DNA of 64,000 bases from Antedon mediterranea. Lineage: Eukaryota; Animalia; Echinodermata. Under the pieces are notes generated by a model, which saw only the letters and a program-made list of their open reading frames with translations, ran no database searches and had not been told where the DNA came from. Positions 49,879-63,395 of this stretch are shown here, piece by piece. Each line of letters opens with the position of its first letter. Position 1 is the stretch's first letter. Location of the stretch: contig NC_092674.1 in the NCBI RefSeq assembly GCF_964355755.1, positions 11,656,001 through 11,720,000 of the forward strand. The letters run 5' to 3'. The translations under genes were made by a program, and so were the position numbers.

Positions 49879-52800
49879 GTAAGTTAAAATACACTTTATA
49901 TACACTTTCTCTTTGGTAAAAAAACAAATTAAACAATTACAATTTAATACGTGTAAAGTTGTACGTTAAATTTTCATAAGATACATCATTGTGAAAATAA
50001 CATGAACGTTTTTTAAAAAAGTAGAATGCACTTATGCTGTAGAAACATAAATAAACTCTAAGTCTAGTTCCACCAGAAAAAAATAATTCAAAAATTATAT
50101 ATAATAAATGTTTTAAAAGTAGTCAATAAATAAAAAACTAAAATATGAATAAATTAATACGTTAGTAATAGCTATGCCATTTCAAAACTTCACAAAGAAG
50201 AAATATATGTCATTATTAAAGTAATATGTGTTACCAAGAGTTAACATTAATTTTAGGTTCTATAGATTAATACACAATAATTTCAGCGTAAAAAAAAAAT
50301 GTTTTTTTTTAATGCACATACCGCAGGACTACAGTATAATACATTGTCGTTTACAGAAACGAATAAATAGACACGATGATTTATTTAGTCAACTAAAATT
50401 AGCACCCTAGTGAAAATTACTTCCGAAACAGAAATTTAAACAAACCCAATTTATTTTAATTTTCTTTCATTTTTTAAAATGTTTCTGATATTTAAGTTAT
50501 TGAATATTAAATATGAAAAAAAAAACCTATTTGGACGGACGAGACATTTTTGTGCTTATATATCTAACAGTACCCAGAACAGAAAAAAAATAGACAGTAA
50601 ACAAGGAGAAAGTCTTTTTACCCGAGTCATTATCATTCTGAGAACCATCGTCTCGGCCTACACATCCAAGAGAGAGAGCGAATCGAGCTCACCTTCTAAT
50701 TAAAAACAATTATCGTAGAAGGAGATAGGTAAATGAGAATAACAGTAGGGCCTACCCACACTCACAGTAATAAAGTTTATTTGTGCTTAAATATCTAACA
50801 GTACCCACATTCACAGTAAGACATTTGCGATTCAAAAAAAAATAAAAAAAATCGGCCTGTCTTAGGGATATTTTTTTACATCTTCATTATACAAGTAGGC
50901 AGAGTCCATATTCATAATTGATTTATTACAACATTGTATCCAGTATATGAGCCATTATGGGAATATGCTTCCATACGTGTTTTATCCAAAAATGACTGGG
51001 GTAATAATATGTACAATAATGTAGTAATAATTATAAATTTAGGATAGTATTATTATTATTATTATTATTTTACATATGATCCATTTTCATGTTAACTTAT
51101 TACGCTCTTTGGAGTTTAACATTGAATGCAAGTTTAGGCAGTCATTTATCATTTTTGACGGTGATTAAGCAGAAAGGTTTAACAATACCCTACGGTACTA
51201 TTTCACAAAACTTTTACATTTGTTCAAGACAGACCACAATATAACAGGTTTTACCACAAAGTTGGAATGAAATTATAAATAGAAATAAAAAATAAATAAA
51301 GCCCCCGGATATGGTTGAGTTTAGTTTTACAAATGTTTTTGGGAGAGCTTAAATATTTAATCTGTGATGTATTTAAATAAAGGTTATTTAAGTAGCGACA
51401 TGAGCAATACAAAAAGAACTACACACAACTATTTATTTACTAACCACAGCTTATAAACTCTTAGTACACATATTCTTAGTAATAGAATTTGTTGTAAATG
51501 GGGATCCAAAATGGATATATCAAAGGCCATTTAGCTGAAGAAAACTTCAGACATTTGTGTAACTTGTTTTTAGAAAGGCAATCTGCCTGTTTTTTAATTT
51601 AATTTTGTAATTACATTACCCAATAATAAAGTGTTATTACAACACATGTGTCATTAAATGTATGGGTAACATTTAGAAATAAAATGTGGTATAAAACAAG
51701 AAAAATTATAAAATATAAAAGATAAAAGTGCAGAATTATACAGTAAATGAAAAAAAAAATCACAGAAAGAGGTCTATTCATTGTTTAAATAAGAACAAGG
51801 CAAATGCAATGGAGATTGGAAAAACATAGATAACAACAAAGATAAACCGTATATAAATTTAACTGGCTCTGTTCCAAAACGTATTTTAGGAATTATGCAA
51901 AAAATGAAACTGTGCTAAATGGTTAACCAGTCTTGAAAAGTTATTAAATACTTGGAAACCGTATACTTTTTTGGAAAAATCACATTTGTTTACAATGTAT
52001 CTATGTCTGCGAGTGGGGGATAAAACAAATCAAGATTATATAGGAATCTGCCACTGCAATTAATCCCAGTTTATCCCAACCGCTCCAGGTTCTGATTTTT
52101 CAGAAGTACGCCCTAACGTAATTTTTATATGACACAGAGCACTGATTGTAGGCTTATGAATTGACGTCATTTCGACAAATCACGTTCACGTGTTTACATA
52201 GGCTATGTAATAATAAAAAAATATGCCTGTGTATCACTGGTACATTTAGTTTCAGATTTTATTTCACACAAAATATAACACAATACATACATATAAATGA
52301 TAAAAAATGTGTGTAGAGATTGCATTAAGCCAACTTGGCTTTAAGTCTGAACGTCCAAATGAAACAAATATATACATATTGTATAGTAATGACTGAAATA
52401 AGCAAGAAAAAAATATATATGTATGCACATTTGATTCAATAATACATAAAATAAATAAAGAACAGGAACAATTTCAGCTGAATTATTTGATTACAAAAGT
52501 ATGTGGTTATAGAAGGATAAAGCAAACTGATTTTTAAATGAATTTTTTTTTAGCCCTGATAACTGATGATCAAGAACAATCACTTCTAGAGTAAATCATC
52601 TATCCTTATAATTATCGAAACTAAATGACCAATTATCTTTCAGATAACATGTGTGTTTTGTATGTTGGTTGTATTTGTTATGTTGGTGTATATCAATGAA
52701 GTACCCAGTTATAAAAACAGTGATGGCAAATTCTACAACCGAATAAGGTGAATTTCGTTTTATTGAAATTGTTTTGATTAGAAAGTAAACATATATTTTG

Positions 52801-54337
52801 AAATGATGATGGAAAATAAATACTTAAAAAATGTAGGAAGGTAGGACTGTAAAATATTATTCTAGAAAAAAACACCTTAGTAGTTCTGTCCATAAATTAG
52901 CGTTAATAATATGCTTATGACGGCCTTCTCGTACAGAAAATAAAAGATCTAGGCTTGGCCTAAGCCGCACACATAGCCTGGCCTAAACCCGTGTACTACC
53001 ACCGGCCCAGCGATGGAATAGCTTCAGGAGCGCGCGCTGCTACATGTAGAGACTACAATGTCAGATCCCAATGTCATTACGTCGTACGTTCACTGTCAAC
53101 TACGACCCATGTGGGTATGAACTTCGTGCACGTTAACACAAGTTAGTGTAAAAGGAAAATGATAATTTATTATTTATATTACAGGAATAGACCATTAGGC
53201 GATTATCATGCAAATCTAGAAAGCCACAAAATTGATTTTTGGAGAACATTTGGCAATGTTTCAAGCTGTTTACCAAAAAAGAAAAATGTTTGTTACATAA
53301 AGACGCACAAGACTGGTAGTACGACCATCGGACACATCATGAATATATTTGGATTTCGCCACAACTTATCATTTGCGTTCAACAAAAATAAAACTACTAA
53401 TGGCCATATAGGTTCTTTTACGGTTTTAAACAAAGATACTCCTCGTCATAGTTTTCTCCCCCCATTAGGAGTTGAAGAAGGTGACTACGATAATTATAAG
53501 TATAACTTGACATCTGTTCACTTCCGCTATATCAGAACAGGACTCATTTCATTCATGAACCCTGATACAAAATACATAACAATAATTCGGGAACTAGCCG
53601 GGCAATTCGAGTCTGCGTTTGACCAATTCCAATTAAAGAGAGCATTGGTAAGAAATAAAACTGAATCAGACTATGAAAACATTAAAAGGTTTTTACAATA
53701 TCCTGACCATTATTGGGAAAACCTGAGGAAAGTCAAGTGGCGAGGGAATTCTGGAAGAGCTTGGTATTATGCAAGAAACAATCAACTGTTTGATCTCGGA
53801 TTAGATCATAAATATCACGGGGACACACAGCTAGTGGAAAGATATCTTGATCTGTTGAACAACGAGTTTGAAATGGTTATAATTTTAGAACACATTGGTG
53901 AATCGCTTGTTGTCCTAAGGAAAGAGCTGTGTTGGTCTTGGAATGATGTACTATATATAGCTAAAAATGGACGTGAAAACGTAACAGCATTACCTAACAA
54001 ATTACAGGAGAAGATACGAGCGTGGAATTTTGCAGATAGAATGCTTTACTCGTATTTTAATAAAACACTCTGGCAAAAAGTACAAAGATATGGCTCAACG
54101 TGTGAATCAGACTTAGCTCTTTTTAGAAAGTTGAGGCAACAGGTTAATGACGTTTGTGAGGTTAAAACACATATTAGAAATAATAAAGTTTTTCATAACC
54201 AAGCAAAAGGGGCGTCCTTAGAGTGTGAGCTTTTAGGTATGCGGAAAAATAGGATGTTCAAAAAAGTTTTTCTACGCCAAGGAGGAGACAAAGCGACAGA
54301 ACAAATTGACGAAAAAGATTTTGACCCTTTCTTTTAA
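49837..54337 (+). CDS. Galactose-3-O-sulfotransferase family protein (type II Golgi), spliced, about 432 aa
   Basis: Exons 49837-49878 (MYSYTNSCCKRNIL|GT), 52644-52747 (TM ITCVFCMLVVFVMLVYI), 53185-54337 (YIKTHKTGSTT PAPS motif, YITIIRE..QFES, RNNQLFDLG, ESLVVLRKELCW, WNFADRMLYSYFN). Phases consistent; probable 5'-UTR exon ending at 49680. Confidence 0.9.
50280..50860. mobile_element. Rearranged Helitron-family fragments
   Basis: Pieces matching 39475-41838, mostly in reverse orientation. Confidence 0.55.
52644..52747 (+). CDS. GAL3ST-like signal-anchor exon
   Basis: tttcag acceptor, hydrophobic helix, AG|GTGAAT phase-2 donor matching the next exon. Confidence 0.8.
53185..54337 (+). CDS. 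GAL3ST-like catalytic-domain exon
   Basis: Large terminal exon after ttacag acceptor with Gal-3-O-sulfotransferase motifs. Confidence 0.95.
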
Positions 54338-55186
54338 AATCCTTATTTCGAATCATGTCAAAATTAAAGCTAGTGCTAATTTATAAACCTACATGACATA
54401 AAATACAAGTTTGATAAAACAGTAACCCAATAACATTAATTTACAACTGGGATTTTACCAGATACGCTGAAGCCAGCATCTCATTTTTGCACACGGCGTG
54501 AACCTGTTTCATGGAAAGTTAGGTTAAGGGTTAGGTTAGCGCTTATGACGCTTACGTACATGAGTTTGATATGTGATAGTATCACGAAATTTGCCTATGA
54601 TAACGAACAAAGTAAAACAGGCATATCATATTTGACACATTCTCTACTATAACAGTGTGCATCTGGAGTAAAGTTCAGTTGTCCAGTAACACTTTTATGA
54701 CTGATACTAAACTAGGTATGTAAAATTGATTTTTGTAGTAGTAGTGAATAATGTCCGGTAGTTTCATTATTACATAAACTATACTTTTCATTAGCTCAAT
54801 AAACATATTTAGACTATCGCTCTCTGTAGATACACGTATATATGTAGTTGTGCACCAGTTTCAGTGCTACTCGAATAGGTATTGTTAATTATTTTTCAAG
54901 CGTGTATTTTTGATTGACCATTGCGAACCCATTATTAATCCTTATATTAGGGATTCTCCCAACTGTACTAATTAATCTGTTTCCTGGCTTCGTGTTTACG
55001 GTTCGGGTAAAGGATAAATCTATTGGTCACTGTTATGGGAGAGGTTTCCTAACTATTAAAGATTGTTTGACCAATCATAATATTGGAAAATCATGGAAGG
55101 ATAAAAAATATTGTAATTTGATTTAATTCTTTTTTTTGTCTTTTGTGGGGTCGTTCCACTTTTATTCATTAGAGTTGGTGAGTACC

Positions 55187-56055
55187 CTGCCAAAATACGC
55201 AAATTGAGGGCGGTATGCTTTGCCAAAATACGCAAATAATGCCAAAATACGCAAATTGAGGGCGCTATGCTTTGCCAAAATACACAAATCATGCCAAAAT
55301 ACGCAAATGAGGGCGCTATGCTTTGCCAAAATACGCAAATCATGCCAAAATACGCAAATTGAGGGCGCTATGCTTTGCCAAAATACGCAAATCATGCCAA
55401 AATACGCAAATTGAGGGCGCTATGCTTTGCCAAAATACGCAAATCATGCAAAAATACGCAAATTGAGGGCGCTATGCTTTGCCAAAATACGCAAATCATG
55501 CCAAAATCTGCTTTGCCAAAATACACAAATCATGCCAAAATACGCAAATCTACCTGGCCAAAATACACAAATCATGCAAAAATACGCAAATTGAGGGCGC
55601 TATGCTTTGCCAAAATACGCAAATCATGCCAAAATCTGCTTTGCCAAAATACACAAATCATGCCAAAATACGCAAATCTGCCTGGCCAAAATACACAAAT
55701 CATGCCAAAACACGCAAATTGAGGGCGCTATGCTTTGCCAAAATACACAAATCATGCCAAAATACGCAAATCTGCTTTGCCAAAATACACAAATCATACC
55801 AAAATACGCAAATTGAGGGCGCTATGTTTTGCCAAAATACACAAATCAAGCCAAAATACGCAAATCTGCTTTGCAAAAATACATAAATCATGCCAAAAAA
55901 CTCACATTGAGGGCGCTATGCTTTGCCAAAATACGCAAATCATGCCAAAATACGCAAATCTGCTTTGCCAAAATACAAAAATCATGCCTAAACACGCAAA
56001 TCATGCAAAAATACGCAAATCTGCTTTGCCAAAATACACAAATCATGCCAAAATA
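55187..56055. repeat. Compound minisatellite
   Basis: Core TGCCAAAATAC(G/A)CAAAT joined by linkers CA, CTGCTT or TGAGGGCGCTATGCTT. Confidence 0.95.
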
Positions 56056-56089
56056 TCATGAATCATGAAAACTAGATAATAAGGATGAT

Positions 56090-57270
56090 AGCATGTGCCA
56101 TGTCCATTGAATGGCATTGCATTCAAACAGCATGTGCTGTTCACTTTCTGATTTATACAATTGTCACATAAATATTTTTCTGCTAAATTCCATAGTTTTA
56201 ATTTTTTAACACGGTAATATTCGATGTTGGAGTTTAAAGTTGAATTGAGCAACTTTAACTATATGTTTCATCTTGTATACCTTATAATACCCTACTCCAA
56301 TCTATTTCTACGTTTTTAGCTCACATTCCCATTTTCTTTGTGAACCTAGTTCATTGGAACGTTTGTTTATAAAATATTTATAGTAGATAGATCATTTAAT
56401 GTTCTTATGCAACAATGAATCAATATTACCTACATCTTGATTATTTGTATTGTCTTTTCTAATAATTTCTTTCCACACATTTGGTATGGCATTCATAAGC
56501 TGTAAGTATTCAATTAAACCATTATGTTTTTTATACAAAAAAAAAAAAAATTACATACCTATCATTTATAAATATATCACCAATTGTTTTATAATCAGAA
56601 TATAACCATGATTTGAAGTACAATGATTTATTGTTAGATACTATAAACTTGTTTTCACATAATTGTTGATTTTTTATTTCTATTAAAGTTGTTGGTTTTG
56701 GATACACAATATTATTAAATTATATTCAATTGGGTGAAAGAAATATTTTGGTATGCATTTCAATTTACCTGGATCTGGACTTAACAGTCGCTTGACCCAA
56801 TTTAGTTTCAGTGATTCAACCACAGTGCTAATATCTGGCATGTTTAAACTACCTTCTTTAATATTTTAAATTTAGGCTGTTCTCTTTATCTTTTCCCTTC
56901 TAGTTCCCCATAGAAATGTATATAGTAGTTTTTCTATTTGTTTAACTATATCTTTTGGAACAAAAATTATACTTGCGACAAACTTGGACAATGCAAGTGT
57001 TTTAACAATAATAATTTTACCAAAAAATGTAAGATTCCTTCTTTTCCATAAGTTTAATACATTTTCTAGATTGGTAATTTTTTTATCCCAGTTTCTCTTT
57101 TCACATAGATGTTTAATGTAGTCAACATGGATTCCTAAAACTGGTTTACTAGTCTACGTAATATCTAATTGTTTACACTAATCCACATACCATTTGTCTT
57201 TTTTCTATCTAATTTTAACCCTGAAACATTACAAAAAGACTCAATCTCATTAAAGAAATATTTTAAACAA
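56090..57270 (-). mobile_element. Degraded Tx1/L1 ORF2 fragment
   Basis: Minus strand encodes RNLTFFGKIIIVKTLALSKFV, homologous to [20 protein letters not shown] of the 32847 element; many stops. Confidence 0.7.
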
Positions 57271-58664
57271 CAATTTGATTTAACTCTCATTTACTAATTT
57301 TTTCCAAATGTCGGTATTGATCAACTGATTGTAACGATAGCTTATTTATCGAATGTCAAAGAGCTGTTGACGCTTTAGTTGGTCTATCGCACGCTACTTT
57401 AGACAATAATTTATCTGACGATAATATCCCAGATGTTGGATTACTGGAAGATGGTGTGTTTGGCGATCTGGACTTTGATTTAAAAGTCAGTCAAAGTCTT
57501 TCTGAGACCGGTAGCCTTTCTCTTATGGATATTTGTGATATTAAGTGCCGTAGAGAGAATGAAATGCAAAATAAGTGTTCCCGAGCATTCTGACGATCAA
57601 TAATAATTTTAAAATTTAGCATAATTATTTTCACCATTTTGTTAACTTACACGTGCGTAGCCTGTCACATTTGACGTGCTCGTATAACGTAATTTCGAGT
57701 TGAAAAGTGAATCAAATATGATGATAATATTGAAGAAAGGTTGTAAAAATTCTGTGCACTCATGGCAATTTTTTAAATGCTTAAAATTGCCTGAAACGTA
57801 CTCTCGCGTACGCATGCGTTATATGCGCTACGCACGTAATTGTATTTCAATATGATGAAATATGACCTGAAATTTATGAGTACCAAATTGTATTTAATTG
57901 TGATTCATGCTTGTGAAGATATGATTTCAAACGTGATTTCGTTAAATCGTGCGTAGACCGCGTAATTTTTGATCACATCGATTCCTGGCCATAAGGAATA
58001 TACTCTGAAAAATTGACTTCGCTAGATGAAACTGATATCAAGACACGGCCATATAATATACAAGTTAGTGTTTACCAACCGACAGACTGACCGATCAACC
58101 GACCGCCCGTATAGTGAGCTGTAGAGTCGGTAACACACACGCACACACAAAATAAAATCAACCTTCTCCTAAAAACCCACCAAATTCAAATGAATGTTGA
58201 GTCTATTTAGATTCTGACACCAATTAAATTAGTTTTAATTTGAAGCCAATGTGTGTATTCAAGTATTAAAGTATCGATTCTATGTTCAGATAGAACAAAA
58301 ACTCAGTTAGCAGATGAATGTTTTGACATGTAACTCTTTCTTAACTCTTTCTTAAGTTTTAAACATTTCGTTTTGATTGAAATCGGCCTAAAAATGTGTA
58401 GTCTTTTATTCAATGATCAATAATATACAAATATAATAATGCGACATAGATATAACGCTATTTCGTAAATATCAGAGCGCTTTGAGTATTAGTTGCTTAT
58501 TAAAATTATCTAGACTCTCTACAGGAAATAGCCCAACCAAAGAAAACCCGTTAATGACAATAATAAATTATTTAATATTCTAACGAAATAAGAACATTGG
58601 ACCCCGCAGATATCTGGTTTAACATCAGAAATTCAATGCTATGTAATATATTTATTAGTATTGT

Positions 58665-59007
58665 TTACAATCTATGCTTTGTTACTGGTACCTTTCCTTG
58701 TCTTGTTCCTGTTATGTTCGATGTTCGATTAGTATCATGTTGTTTTCTGCGCCGCCGCTTAGATCCCCGACGACGTTGAATCATTTTATTCAAAAATTTT
58801 GTATTTACTGTTCCATTTTCTTTTATTTTTTCTGGCCATGTGGGGTATCTAAAAGTAATGTTTCTGGAGGTTGACCACCGACGGAAAATAGCCTTTTCGG
58901 TAATAAAGAGATGACCACTACGTGTTTTGTATTCACTCTTGTTATAATAGCTGCATTCTAGCTTACTATCCTCATAATAGTGATATGGCACACTAGTGTT
59001 TGTAGAA
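58665..59007 (-). CDS. Sialyltransferase B last exon
   Basis: VPYHYYEDSKLECSYY...[14 protein letters not shown]...PTW plus basic tail. Confidence 0.9.
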
Positions 59008-61190
59008 CTAAATTAGAAAATATGTATACGATTTTAGAATTTGTATGTTTTAACACAATTCAGTACAACAAACCACTTTAAAAGTTATCTGTAACACAAC
59101 TCATAAGAATGGGTATGTAAAATGTATTAAAGAAGAGAATAAAAATGAATGATGCTTATGATAGACACAATGTTATTTACGATTCTATTATTTATGTACT
59201 GATTGATATTTATGTATTATCTGTATGTATTATTATTATCTTTATTAGTGTTATTATTTTTGTTATTGTTGTTGCTGCTGCTGCTGTTGCTGTTGCTGTT
59301 GTTATTGTTATTGCTATTGTTATTGCTATTGCTATTGTTATTGTCTATTGTTATTATTGCTGTTGTTGTTTAACATATAATTATTTCAGAGCTTCTGCTC
59401 TTTGCACATTACTAAGACGATAATACGATGGTATTAAATAATGAAAACGCACAGTTCCTAATGAAATAGTTGTTATATTGCGTTACCTGCACAAATTCTC
59501 ATATGCCATCCCGTATACAGTCATACTAGGGCAGAATTCCATAGCAAACACCATTGTATACCATCCGGTTGTCAGCATAGTTTTAGTTTCTTCTCTGTTG
59601 TAACAATAATATTATTGATGATTAATAATATTGATGATTAATAAAATAATAATAAAATGATAAGGTAGAAAAATAACAAGAACTGGCTTTTGAAATCAAG
59701 AGAATAAACAGCGCAAAAGTTAGAGTGGTCTTGGAACAATTTTAAAAACTGCAAAAACATGGTATGCAAAGTTAAATGTACCGGAAATTGTAGGGAGAGC
59801 TCAAATGTCGGCCATCCTGGGAACAGCACATTTATTGAGGAAGGTGTTTTGTCTCTAAGCTGCGCGAAGCAGCAGCAACAACAACAACAACAGCAGCAGC
59901 AGCAGCAGCAACAACAACAACAAAACACTAGGCATACACAAAATCAAATTAAAATGTCTAAAACAATAGTCATACAAACATACATAACATTCATTAATTG
60001 TTTTATAAATCTCTTATGCCTAATGTTCTAAAGTAAACTTGATTAATCCGTTGCTTCCATATTGAATCGATAACCATAATTATCAAAGTGCTTACCAAAA
60101 GCTGAACGTGTAATAGAACCATTTAATATAAAAATTAAACGTTTGTCATGCAGTAGAACTAATACTTCACTTACATGACACAAACTTAACCACATAGTAA
60201 GGACACATTATGTAGAAGTAATAGTAATAATAATTTTGCCATTTTTTGGCCAGTAATAATGTAGTACCTTGTAAATCCCGTTTCTTGTTTAAAGAGGTCT
60301 TCAGCTAAAACCATTCTGTCGGGTAGAGCAGAGTATATTTGAACATTTTGGTAAAGGTTGGCTAGAAGAAAGGCGTAGCGGTATTCTTCGTTTGTGAGCT
60401 TCGGGACTTCTTCAGTCATACTCATCCAACTAATGATAATCATCTGAGTTCGAGTTGTGTTGTTTACTAAGATCTCTCGCAGTACGATCTCACTGCTCAG
60501 ACCCTTGTTAAAGTTACGGTGGCCCACAACTCTGATGGTCGTGCGAGTGCCCACATCATGTTCAAAGCCAACCACAGAGGCTATATTCATTCGAATGACA
60601 CAGTGGTGTTGATCAATCTCTCTTCCAGCGTTTGATCCTAATAAATGACCAGAGCTTGTCACAACAGCACAGTCATTGCAAATAAGGCGAAGACTCTAAG
60701 AATAATGATCAATAATTAATATTAAATTTAAATTATTATGTTTAATTATTTCGGGTTTTAATCTTCAAAACTTCAATTTCAATTGAATTTATTTCCACAA
60801 TTATAATAACATATATACAGGATAATAAATGCAATGAGGTAATGTTTAGAAATTTTTATATCCGGAAGTATGTTAATAATTTAGTTCTGAAAAGAACTGT
60901 TGAGTTTCTCAAATTTAATATATTTTCTTATAAGTAACCAGATAACATCATAAACAATTACCAATTAATACCTTATTAGAAGCTAGACTGACATATCCAG
61001 GAAATTGATGCAACACTTCTGTTTCTAACGTTGGTTGTATTGATATTACAACGTTACGTAATGTCGTTTCTTTACTTATGAGTGTTTTTACTCCGAGGGT
61101 TAACGTACCATTAAAGAAAGTTAACGTTAATAATGCCGTCATCACACATGAGTAACAGATTACAAGCAGAAATGGTATTGTTGAATGTTT
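58665..61190 (-). CDS. ST6GalNAc III-VI-like sialyltransferase (GT29), paralogue B, spliced; start exon not located
   Basis: Exons 61190-60972 (TM FLLVICYSCVMTALLTLTFF), 60695-60268 (L-motif), 59594-59487 (S-motif [15 protein letters not shown]), 59007-58665 (PYHYYE, HLFITEK). Internal exons same length as in paralogue A (428, 108). Confidence 0.9.
59487..59594 (-). CDS. Sialyltransferase B S-motif exon
   Basis: [35 protein letters not shown]. Confidence 0.9.
59660..59870 (+). mobile_element. R4/Dong-type (restriction-like endonuclease) non-LTR 3' fragment
   Basis: KVEK*QELAFEIKRI and AQMSAILGTAHLLRKVFCL* C-terminal signature; flanked by (TAA)n-like and (CAA/CAG)n repeats. Confidence 0.6.
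59868..59923. repeat. (CAG/CAA)n microsatellite
   Basis: Direct reading. Confidence 0.9.
60268..60695 (-). CDS. Sialyltransferase B L-motif exon
   Basis: [32 protein letters not shown]. Confidence 0.93.
60972..61190 (-). CDS. Sialyltransferase B signal-anchor exon
   Basis: tttctactag acceptor; hydrophobic helix; [11 protein letters not shown]|GT. Confidence 0.8.
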
Positions 61191-61359
61191 CTAGTAGAAA
61201 TATAATAATAATAATAACACTAATAATAACACTAATAATAATAATAATAATCAGTTCTTCAAAAATGATGAGTAAATATAATAGATATCGAATATTTATA
61301 ACATTCTGTTTCTACTACTTCCATCTTCTTTCTACACAATAACATACTTATATATTATT

Positions 61360-61420
61360 AAATGGTATGCTCGCTTCGCTCGCGTACCATCTAGGGGTCT
61401 CCACAGATGGTTCTCGAATA
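61360..61420 (-). mobile_element. Helitron 3'-end fragment
   Basis: GCTCGCTTCGCTCGCGTACCATCTAGG...CAGATGGTTCTCGAATA. Confidence 0.6.
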
Positions 61421-62014
61421 CAATAGAACCCACGGGGATATTATTGGGACACTAAACAAAAACGGAAGTGTCCCCTTAATTGGGGTATTCGGAAATAAAG
61501 ACAAAATAACGACTACTGGATACCATAAAGAACAATTCATTTATGTGGACGAAACTTGGAGAAATTGAGGAGAAATGAAAATTTAACTACGGGGATTGGG
61601 CGGCACGGGGTGGTGGTGATAGAACCGTTGATTGTATTTATACAGTAATAAGAACCACACTAAATAAATACAGTAAGACATTCGAAGATCGAAACATGTT
61701 TATGTTATGTTGTGTTCCGTTATGTTTTCACCATTGACAGCCATTGGAGTGGAGCTGTATCATGGAGGTTGGTGTTTTCCTTCCAACCCCAAGATAACGT
61801 TTATTTTGTATTCTTGTTAGTGTAACCATGTACACATCAGTAGGCCTTATAATTCGCTGGTTGGATGGTGACCGAAAACGTGAGCTATATCCGCAAAAAA
61901 TCTCGACCACCAACTCTTGTAAGGGATCGCTTTTCATAATCGACCATCTCTCGTAAGCAACCACCGCTTTTAACGATCACACTTCTCGTAAGTGACCACC
62001 TTTTTTAAGGGACC

Positions 62015-62054
<40 letters not shown>

Positions 62055-62720
62055 GGGGCCACTATGGCACGCCAGGACGGACAAAACCATTTCAAATGCC
62101 AATCCCTAGCTGTTGAGTTTACAAATCCCTACTAGTCAACATCGACTAGACACATACCTATCGGTCGAGTTTACCACACAGCACTAGTTAATGACAAACT
62201 ATACACATCACTAATGGTCGAGATTTACACATCTTGCTACCGGTCGAGTTTTAAACACACATCGCTACCGGTCGAGTTGTTTTTATACACACATCGCTAG
62301 TTGTTGAGAATTATTTTAGTAGACATGCGCAGTAAGGGTTTGTAGTTCAGAAAAGTTAAATATACTTGTTGCGCCTAGACAAAAACCAGAGTAGGATCAT
62401 TTTTGGTGTTCGCAGCAAAATGACGGATCGTAATTTACGTGAAATATTTGACCAATGTAAACAAAAAAAATATTAGGCCTTTATATAGGCCAGGCCTAGC
62501 CTAGGCCAGGCCTAGCCTATGCCTAGTAAAAGTAGGCTAGAGGCCTCCTTTATGATATAGTTAAGCCTTTTTTTAGTTGCGCCTTAATTATGAATTAGAC
62601 AATGCCTCAACATAGTTAATACTCTAGGATAGCCATAATAATACATATATAGATAGATTGAGGTAAAACATTATCTTACCTAAACAACCTTTCAATTTCT
62701 TGTTCCCTTAAACTTTCGCG

Positions 62721-62754
<34 letters not shown>

Positions 62755-62759
<5 letters not shown>

Positions 62760-62932
62760 ACATTAGGCAATGAACATTAATTCGAAACCGCCCGGTGATA
62801 TACTGAAATTTAATTAATTAATTTGAAACGATAAAGATGAGGAAATCTGTGAGAATGAGAAAAAGTCGCCCCAACCGAGACTCGAACTCGGACCGCCTGC
62901 TTGATATGCAGATGTCCTAACCATTAGACCAT
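62755..62932 (-). mobile_element. tRNA-derived SINE bordered by (TA)n
   Basis: Near-exact reverse complement of 63396-63575. Confidence 0.75.
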
Positions 62933-62981
62933 GGTATTGTTCAAACTCGATTGGATAGCGACTCTTTAACATTCTCGGCGT

Positions 62982-63043
<62 letters not shown>

Positions 63044-63189
63044 CAATGATGTTGCGTAGCACTGTGTAAATTATATATAAATCATACTGCAAATTATAGA
63101 AACAGTGCTCATATTCGGAACATGATCTCATAATCGCGTCGAGCATAGCTCATTGGCGAAAGTTCCGTATTTTTTAGTTGTATGAAAAA

Positions 63190-63250
63190 ATGTCTCTGGC
63201 GGGATTCGAACCTGCAACCTCTCGCTTACAGGGCGAGTATCATACCACTA
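63190..63250 (-). mobile_element. tRNA-like SINE head fragment
   Basis: TAGTGGTATGATACTCGCCCTGTAAGCGAGAGGTTGCAGGTTCGAATCCCGCCAG; 5' part missing. Confidence 0.55.
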
Positions 63251-63395
63251 GAATATATATATATCGTATATCCAAAGGCAAATTACTGAAAAAAATGACA
63301 ATGCTGTGGGTATCAGTGGCTGGATCTCAATGGAGATACAACAAAAAAAGCGAAAAGCTAAATCAAAACGATAAAGTAAAACAGCCACATATATA

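Noticed and set aside
55056-56068. Overlapping repeat-protein ORFs
   Set aside because: Open in many frames on both strands because of the minisatellite; no splice or domain support
59145-59423. Hydrophobic membrane-protein-like ORF
   Set aside because: Degenerate trinucleotide microsatellite inside a sialyltransferase B intron
59638-60031. Poly-Q and poly-C ORFs
   Set aside because: CAG/CAA microsatellite next to a retroelement fragment in an intron
62050-62310. TTAA-flanked transposon end with ACACATCGCTACCGGTCGAG sub-repeats
   Set aside because: No matching second terminus found in the window, so it cannot be classified
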